Source of the DNA: Pyrobaculum sp.
Lineage (GTDB): Archaea > Thermoproteota > Thermoprotei > Thermoproteales > Thermoproteaceae
Length of the DNA stretch: 38,324 nt
Reading direction: 5' to 3'
Assembly: GCA_046293555.1 (NCBI GenBank)
Contig: JBKBOT010000005.1
Span: 38,894-77,217 of the forward strand
Below, one piece after another: positions 32,403 through 38,324 of the stretch; position 1 is the stretch's first letter; each line of letters begins with the position of its first letter. A program made the position numbers and the translations under genes. A model generated the notes under the pieces. The model saw only the letters and a program-made list of their open reading frames with translations. It had not been told where the DNA came from and searched no databases.

Positions 32403-33382
32403 CGCGTCTTTAGCCTAACCACCTGTGTTACAGCCACAGTTATAAAGACCGCCACTAGAAACATGGCTGTAGACCACAAGACCTCTGTGACGTTATATGG
32501 CATAAGTAGTTTGGGGAATAGGAAGTAGAAAAAGAAAAATGTGACCCCCCCAGCCACAATCCCCCCATATCTAATACTTCGAGTTTTTACATAAGCCTCC
32601 AGAAGGTAGGAGATATAGGGCAGTATAGATATGGCAGCAGTGACGTAATCTGGCAACAGGTATACCTTAGCAAAGACTGCAGTTATGTGAAGCACTATTA
32701 CGAAGAGAGACGCCAGAGTGATTATAAACGTCACCTCGAATTTTTTAAGGAGGTTACGTAAAAAGTCATAGATGCCAAAACCGTAGGTTACAAAAAAGAA
32801 GGAGATAAATAACAGCGGGAAGACTAGATACCTCGTGATGTCTAGGTTGAGGACGGAGCCTAGTAGAGACGTGAAGACAAGCAGGGCGGGGATCCCCACT
32901 GTGTATCTCCTATATTCCGGCTCTCTAACAGCCTTGTTGAAATAATGCCGGAAGAGAGTTACAGTTTCTTCAACTCTCCTCGCCTGTTTGACCACCACGC
33001 GGTTTATAGATATCACCGGCCGTTTGGCTTGTATAGCCGGCACTGCCGCCTCGTCGCTAGGGCCGTCTGAGACGAAATATATGGCGTCTGCGTCGTAAAG
33101 AGAGAGGACCTGTTCTAACTCTCTGGCTACCACAACGTCTGCCATCTCGTCGGGCGAGCCGCTCACTACAGCCACATTTACGTTATCTGCCCCATGTTCC
33201 GCAGCCAGTCTGTCAAATATCTTCACTGCTGCAAATATGGCGTTGGCATCTGAGTCGTCTGGGTTAGACAGGATGTACCTAATCCCAAGTCTCAACACCT
33301 CGTCTCTCCCAACTACAGGCGTGACTATGCCCTGTGCTTTTAAATCCCCATCTCTATCTACATATAGTACCAGTATGCGCAC
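32399..33382 (-). CDS. DUF373 (COG2237) membrane protein
   Basis: LVLYVDRDGDL, TPVVGR, PDDSDANAIF, VSDG..DE, RVVVKQ, C-terminal TMs. Confidence 0.87.
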   Translation of the reverse strand: MRILVLYVDRDGDLKAQGIVTPVVGRDEVLRLGIRYILSNPDDSDANAIFAAVKIFDRLAAEHGADNVNVAVVSGSPDEMADVVVARELEQVLSLYDADAIYFVSDGPSDEAAVPAIQAKRPVISINRVVVKQARRVEETVTLFRHYFNKAVREPEYRRYTVGIPALLVFTSLLGSVLNLDITRYLVFPLLFISFFFVTYGFGIYDFLRNLLKKFEVTFIITLASLFVIVLHITAVFAKVYLLPDYVTAAISILPYISYLLEAYVKTRSIRYGGIVAGGVTFFFFYFLFPKLLMPYNVTEVLWSTAMFLVAVFITVAVTQVVRLKTR

Positions 33383-34359
33383 TACTCTTCGGTGAGGTAG
33401 CCAGCCTCTACTAACAACTTGATTTCTTCATGTGTCAACCTCTCTCCATTTAGGAGTTTGTTAAACAAAACCTCGGCCCTCTCTTTAAGACTTCTCGAGG
33501 CGGAGGCTTTCGCCCTATTTTTCTCCGCCAGCTCTAACGCCTTAAGCAATATGTTATACTTGTCGAGCTCCTCCTGGATGGTCCTCCTCTTTTCTCTCAA
33601 CTCCTTACGCTTAAGAGCAAGACGTAAGATCCCTGCCTTGATCTCATCCCTCTGTCTTTTTAACTCTTCTCGCCGCTCTTTTAACTTAGACAACTCTTTA
33701 TAGATCTCCTGCCGGCTGGTCTTAAGCTGTGTGATCTCTTGTTTAATTGTGGCGAGGTCTTGGACAAGTCTCGCTATCTCCTTTCTAATGTCTTCCCTCC
33801 TGTTTTTATAGTCTTCCACCTGTTTCTTAAGCTCGGCAATGTAGGCCTTCATTTTTTCCATAGAGTCGGCGATGTTCAACTCCTTCTCAATCTGGCTGAT
33901 ATATTTAATAAACTGCCGTTCTAACTCCGGGTTTGTAGGCGACGTCTCGAAAAAGTATTCAAGCTGCTCAATAACTTTCTTTAACTTTTCTTTTTCTAAC
34001 ACCCTGCCACCCACATATTCGTTGAGAGTAGACAGCAGGTTTCTATATACCAACAGCTTTTCTCGATATTTCTGTAACGTCAGATTTATCTGAAAGAGCT
34101 CATTTCGCAAAGATCTGATCTGTTCTATAACTTGACCTTTCCTCTCTCTTAAAGAGGCCAACAGCTCTCTAGTTTTTTCAAGCTGTTTCACCTTTCCATC
34201 AATAAACGATCTGACTTCCGCCAGCTGTTTTCTAGTCTCGTCCAGAAGTCTCTTTTTTGACTCAATCTCGCCGGTTATATTATCTGCGTCTTTTTGAATT
34301 TCGTCAAGTTGAGAGCTTAGCTCACGTATTTTTTCAAGTAGCTCCTCTTTATTAAGCAC
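33382..34359 (-). CDS. Archaeal long coiled-coil protein (COG1340-like)
   Basis: Heptad-rich throughout. Central 'IEQLEYFFETSPTNPELERQFIKYISQIE' and C-terminal 'GERLTHEE'. TAGTG overlap with the DUF373 gene. Confidence 0.8.
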   Translation of the reverse strand: MLNKEELLEKIRELSSQLDEIQKDADNITGEIESKKRLLDETRKQLAEVRSFIDGKVKQLEKTRELLASLRERKGQVIEQIRSLRNELFQINLTLQKYREKLLVYRNLLSTLNEYVGGRVLEKEKLKKVIEQLEYFFETSPTNPELERQFIKYISQIEKELNIADSMEKMKAYIAELKKQVEDYKNRREDIRKEIARLVQDLATIKQEITQLKTSRQEIYKELSKLKERREELKRQRDEIKAGILRLALKRKELREKRRTIQEELDKYNILLKALELAEKNRAKASASRSLKERAEVLFNKLLNGERLTHEEIKLLVEAGYLTEE

Positions 34360-34469
34360 GGAGAAATAATAGCCACAATTTAAATCTTATACCTTCACGT
34401 CTCTCCCGAGTTTCGACAGTTTCTATTAGCCAAAAAATAAAAATTAATAATGCAGACGTTTTTATACAT

Positions 34470-35183
34470 ATGAGTTATAAGTACGTGGCTGTTTACATCG
34501 CCGGTGACATAATTATGTCGGATAACCCCGGCGAGGTGATAAAAAAATGGCGGCTGATCTTCGGCCTTACACAAACGGCGATAGCCGCCAGGCTAAACAC
34601 GTCGCCAAGCGTAATTAGCGACTATGAGTCAGGCAGGAGGAAATTCCCAGGCTCTAGATTTGTGAAAAAACTTGTCCAAGCCCTAATAGAGGTAGACCTA
34701 GAGAGGGGGGGATTAGTCATAAACCTGCTAGAACGTCAGCTACTTAGAGAGAAGTTCTGGATAGCCGTCCTAGACATGAAGGAATTTACCGAGCCCATCC
34801 CCGCGTCTACATTCCTACGGGCTATAGAGGCCGAGACCATAGTGCCGCCACCCTCTACACTCGACATACATGGATATACCCTGGTAGATAGCGTAAAGCT
34901 AGTTCTCGAGGTTCCCTCCATAGAGTACGTGAGGCTATATGGAAGCACTTCCCAACGTGCCGCCATATTTACAAAGGTGTCTACCGGAAGGTCGCCAATT
35001 ATCGCCATAAAGTCCATGTCTGCAGTACTTAGCGTAAAGCCGGCCGTAGTGGTGCTACACGGCCTCAAGTCAGACTCTGTAGACCCCCTCGCCGTCGAGA
35101 TTTCAAAAAAGAGCTATATACCTCTAGCAGTTACAAATATCCCACTAGAAAAACTTATTGAAAACCTTAGGCAATTTAAGTAG
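34470..35183 (+). CDS. HTH transcriptional regulator (COG1709)
   Basis: [44 protein letters not shown]. Confidence 0.87.
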   Translation: MSYKYVAVYIAGDIIMSDNPGEVIKKWRLIFGLTQTAIAARLNTSPSVISDYESGRRKFPGSRFVKKLVQALIEVDLERGGLVINLLERQLLREKFWIAVLDMKEFTEPIPASTFLRAIEAETIVPPPSTLDIHGYTLVDSVKLVLEVPSIEYVRLYGSTSQRAAIFTKVSTGRSPIIAIKSMSAVLSVKPAVVVLHGLKSDSVDPLAVEISKKSYIPLAVTNIPLEKLIENLRQFK

Positions 35184-35640
35184 AGTCTCTCTTTACGATC
35201 CTAGAAATTCTCAAAACATTGCCAAGACCCCTGGTGGCCTCATGTCTCCTCTTAAGTCTCCTCTCCCTATTCTTCTTCTTATACTTGTAGTTATGTGTCT
35301 CTCTATAGCTAGTAGAGATAAGGCCACGTGCCTTTCTCCCAGCTGCCGTAAGCCCTCTGAAGGCCCTCCCCCGTTTGGGCTTAATGACCACAGCACGTGT
35401 GGGTAAAGGCGGCGTCACCTTCCCCTCAATTATGTCAGAAAGCCACTTTTTTAAAGTCTCAATATTCTGAGGCCATGTGGACTTGCGACGTTTGTCTACA
35501 TATAGCCCAAGAAGTCTTGCCTGTTTCACGCCTAGCCCTACTGCAGCTATTTCGCCAATAGAAAAGCCTCTACCCTCTCTCCACTTTACCACGCCGTCTG
35601 TAGACCTATATTTTACCAGCGGCCTAGGCGCCGTGGACAT
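35176..35640 (-). CDS. rpl13e: 50S ribosomal protein L13e with C-terminal extension
   Basis: [12 protein letters not shown]...AR.LG..VD.RRKS...N...LK. Confidence 0.92.
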   Translation of the reverse strand: MSTAPRPLVKYRSTDGVVKWREGRGFSIGEIAAVGLGVKQARLLGLYVDKRRKSTWPQNIETLKKWLSDIIEGKVTPPLPTRAVVIKPKRGRAFRGLTAAGRKARGLISTSYRETHNYKYKKKNRERRLKRRHEATRGLGNVLRISRIVKRDST

Positions 35641-35717
35641 TATAGGCCCCTACCTGACTGTTTATAAAGTTAACTCTATTCCCCCACTTACCTATAGACA
35701 ACAGGGAGAGGTGGGAA

Positions 35718-36020
35718 ATGTATAGACTGTTAATTCACGCGGCGACCTTCAAGTTCTTTATCGCCATAGTAGTCGTCCTTGCCGCCACAGACCCCGTCTT
35801 GTTGGTAAGCTCTATCTTCACGGCGCTTTCAGCCATAATTACCAGAGCCGTCCAGGAGGGGGAGGTGGCTATCGTCCTGACGGCACTTATACTACTTATA
35901 GATATCATCGGGCTGCTGCTCTCTCTTACAGCCTTAATGCCACTTGCCATAATTGCCTACATCTTTATCGTGATGTGGGATGTCTACATACTTAGGCTCT
36001 TCAGACAGCTGCTAGACTGA
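35718..36020 (+). CDS. Hypothetical membrane protein
   Basis: 100 aa, 3-4 TM segments, GAGGTG upstream of ATG. Confidence 0.7.
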   Translation: MYRLLIHAATFKFFIAIVVVLAATDPVLLVSSIFTALSAIITRAVQEGEVAIVLTALILLIDIIGLLLSLTALMPLAIIAYIFIVMWDVYILRLFRQLLD

Positions 36021-36353
36021 GGCAACCCTTATCACCCGCTTTACTCTATATAAGTCGAAATACCCCCACGCCTCAAAGACTATAGCTATCTGGCCCACGC
36101 CAGACAGAACTTTGATCTTATTATCTCTTACCTCTACCTCCACCGACCCCTCTGGACGTACGTCATATCTAAAGTTTTGTACAAAGATATACAGCTTGTC
36201 TAAATCCACTATGGCTTGTGGCCTAACTGTAGGAGGTAGAGGGAAGTTTTTAAATATCTTCACCAGTCTGTAGTCATATTGAATTCTCACCAGAAAAACG
36301 GCCCCTATAAAAACCACCACTAAAGTAGAGAGGAATTCAAGAGTTAGATTCAT
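36012..36353 (-). CDS. Hypothetical protein with N-terminal TM
   Basis: Co-oriented with and overlapping the HIT-like gene. Hydrophobic N-terminus. Confidence 0.7.
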   Translation of the reverse strand: MNLTLEFLSTLVVVFIGAVFLVRIQYDYRLVKIFKNFPLPPTVRPQAIVDLDKLYIFVQNFRYDVRPEGSVEVEVRDNKIKVLSGVGQIAIVFEAWGYFDLYRVKRVIRVASV

Positions 36354-36651
36354 AGATCTCTCTGGCGATGTCAGACATCTGTTCTACAGACATAGGCACG
36401 ACCTTCAACCCCCCAAAAAATGCCACATTTATGTCGCCACACCACCTGGGGATTACATGTATCTGGTCTTCCAACAGGAGGATGTTGAAGCCCTCGGGTC
36501 TAAGCCTTTTCTTCATCACCAAAACTGCGGCCTCGATCTTTTTCTTAAGTTCTACAAGCTCCTGGAGGGTCAACTCATGGAATGGCTTAGAGAGCTTTAT
36601 TATAATATGGCCTCCGTTGAAAGGCTTTTGGGGGATAGATATAGAAAACAC
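36337..36651 (-). CDS. Degenerate HIT-family protein
   Basis: PFN.GH, 'ELT..E..EL', PEGFNI, HVIPRW.GD.N. The HxHxH triad is reduced to one His. Confidence 0.75.
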   Translation of the reverse strand: MFSISIPQKPFNGGHIIIKLSKPFHELTLQELVELKKKIEAAVLVMKKRLRPEGFNILLLEDQIHVIPRWCGDINVAFFGGLKVVPMSVEQMSDIAREIYESNS

Positions 36652-37652
36652 TATTTTATCGGCACCCTGACGTTTAGCGCCTTGGCTAGTTCTTTATATC
36701 TATTTCTCACAGTTACTTCCGTCACGCCGGCAGCAACGGCGAAGTCTTTTTGAGTCCTATTGTCGCCATGCATCAACGAGGCTATATATACAGCTGCGGC
36801 GGCAAGTCCCGCGGGGTCTTTTCCAGCAGTAATGCCAGCCTTTTTAGCTTTTTGTAATATGTCAATTGCCGTCTTTACCACCTCGCCGCTGAGTTTAAGC
36901 TGTTCAGCAATCCTGGAGATATAGAGCGTGGGGTCGCTAATGGGGACTTTTACATTTAGCTCGCGTAACAGTAGGCGGTAACAACGAGCTACCTCCCTTC
37001 TAGAGGCTTTAGTAAATCTTACCAACTCGTCTAACGGCCTGGGTATTTTCATCATGCGGCACGCCATATATAAGGCCGCGGCCGCCATGGCCTCTACAGA
37101 CCTACCTCTCACAAGTTCTTTCTCTAGCGCCTGCCTGTAGATCTCCAGGGCTTGTTCCACACACGGCCTGGGGACGCCCATGGAGCTTTTCAGCCTCTCT
37201 AGCTCCTGTGCCGTCTGTATAAAGTTACGTTCATATGACGTCTGTACTCTAGTCCTAGTTTGCCACTTCCTAAGTCTAATTACCTCAAGTTTTCGTCTTA
37301 TGTCTAGCTCTTTCCCAGAGACGTCTTTATCCCGCCAGTCAATTACCGTCGTGAGGGCCTCTGAGATAAGTCTAGTAAGCGGCGCGCCGGTACGCGCCCG
37401 TTGCCCCTTTTCCTCTGAGGTAAATGCCCTCCACTCTGGCCCCAGGTCTAGAAGCTGTTCTTGAACCACGGCGCCACATACTATACATACCACCTCGCCA
37501 CGCTCGTAGTTATAGACAAACTTGTCGTTACCACATACGGGACATTGGTAAATTTCGCCGGTATCTGTAACAAGGCTTAAATACCCCTCATTGTCTCTAT
37601 TAACACGGAACTTCAGGGGCTTTCCAGGGGGTTGGGGAGTGGAACCGGACAT
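36651..37652 (-). CDS. tfb: Transcription initiation factor IIB
   Basis: Zn ribbon CPVC...CIVC, GPEWRAF B-reader, two cyclin repeats, RTQKD...GVTEVTVRNRYKEL. Confidence 0.97.
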   Translation of the reverse strand: MSGSTPQPPGKPLKFRVNRDNEGYLSLVTDTGEIYQCPVCGNDKFVYNYERGEVVCIVCGAVVQEQLLDLGPEWRAFTSEEKGQRARTGAPLTRLISEALTTVIDWRDKDVSGKELDIRRKLEVIRLRKWQTRTRVQTSYERNFIQTAQELERLKSSMGVPRPCVEQALEIYRQALEKELVRGRSVEAMAAAALYMACRMMKIPRPLDELVRFTKASRREVARCYRLLLRELNVKVPISDPTLYISRIAEQLKLSGEVVKTAIDILQKAKKAGITAGKDPAGLAAAAVYIASLMHGDNRTQKDFAVAAGVTEVTVRNRYKELAKALNVRVPIK

Positions 37653-37675
37653 ACAATATTTAAATTTTTTTCTGA

Positions 37676-37690
37676 TATATAAACTTTTCG
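37676..37690 (-). promoter_or_regulatory. BRE-TATA promoter of tfb
   Basis: Minus strand CGAAAAG-TTTATATA, 23 nt upstream of the tfb ATG. Confidence 0.7.
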
Positions 37691-37691
37691 T

Positions 37692-38324
37692 TTAAGGGCT
37701 TACGGCTGTTGACTGTACCAACCTCCTGATTTTTGAAAGGGCGCCGAAGATTTGTACAAGCCCCCTGGCCCCCCTCAAGATTGCGTAATGTGCCTCGGCG
37801 ACTATGTAGACGACCTCCGGCTTTATGTATTCTGGCGTATTATCTAGCCTTAAGGCTTCTCTATGTATCTGCCTTATTATCTCCAACTCGCCCACCCCCC
37901 CGTCTACCACAAAGCCATATATCTGTGTAATCGCCTTGTTGAAACTCCCCCTGACTGCTTCTACAAGGGCCTCTCTAAGCGACTTGGGACTTACAAGACC
38001 CAAGGCCTTGGCCACCTCCTCTTCGGTAATTTCTCCCCTCGCCGCTGCCGCTACTTGAAGCGTGTTTATAGCTTTTCTCATATCTCCCTGAGTGAAGTCA
38101 TATATTGCCTCCAGCGCGTCGTCAGAGATCTTTACCCCCTCGCTCTCTGCGATATGTCTAAGCCTAAAGGCCACCGCCTCTTTTGGCAGAGGGTTAAACC
38201 TAATTATGGCAACACGGGATTGAATCGGCTCAATTATACCCCCTATATAGTTTGCCAGTAGTATGAATCTTGTGTTTTGTGCGTATATTTCCATTATTCT
38301 TCTTAGTGCTTGTTGTGCGTCTGT
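37692..38324 (-). CDS. rfcS: Replication factor C small subunit (5' truncated by window)
   Basis: Frame is open to the window end: DAQQALRRIME, RFIL.ANY...IIEPIQSR, GDMRKAINTLQ. Confidence 0.93.
   Translation of the reverse strand, partial: TDAQQALRRIMEIYAQNTRFILLANYIGGIIEPIQSRVAIIRFNPLPKEAVAFRLRHIAESEGVKISDDALEAIYDFTQGDMRKAINTLQVAAAARGEITEEEVAKALGLVSPKSLREALVEAVRGSFNKAITQIYGFVVDGGVGELEIIRQIHREALRLDNTPEYIKPEVVYIVAEAHYAILRGARGLVQIFGALSKIRRLVQSTAVSP

Noticed and set aside
728-38261. Numerous antisense or alternate-frame ORFs in the track (e.g. 1585-1932, 12369-12854, 18417-18887, 24834-25262, 37863-38261)
   Set aside because: They lie within well-supported genes, show no motifs, and have the Ser/Pro/Leu-rich composition typical of shadow frames.
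1-38324. CRISPR array, tRNA/rRNA genes, transposase/integrase or provirus
   Set aside because: No regularly spaced repeats, cloverleaf or recombinase motifs were seen, and almost all sequence is accounted for by core genes. Manual reading could miss short degenerate elements.

Overview
Gene-dense archaeal chromosomal segment that reads as Pyrobaculum/Thermoproteales. Evidence: PGI/PMI, long L13e, TFB with an N-terminal extension, and TATA boxes about 19-24 nt upstream of start codons, implying leaderless mRNAs. It is mostly core genome: a 2-oxoacid:ferredoxin oxidoreductase (alpha, beta), a partial complex I-like operon (nuoD-H-I-J-K-M-L-N, with no A/B/C or E/F/G), GT2-folE-SDR, an Lrp regulator, an M1 aminopeptidase, an A24 prepilin peptidase, PGI/PMI, an XPB-like helicase, three winged-helix proteins, ileS, a GT-C glycosyltransferase, trm1, rpl13e, tfb and rfcS. 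No CRISPR array, tRNA, rRNA or mobile element was seen. Features not in the ORF track: a back-to-back pair of C/D box sRNA candidates between ileS and the GT-C gene, and two extra small ORFs that form a three-gene ATGA-coupled operon of tiny membrane/pilin-like proteins upstream of ileS. Other notable points: an L13e C-terminal extension resembling the crenarchaeal L15e tail, a NuoD lacking the canonical quinone-site residues, and repeated AGTTCA/TGAACT inverted repeats upstream of the OFOR operon. All calls are by eye from motifs; no searches were run.
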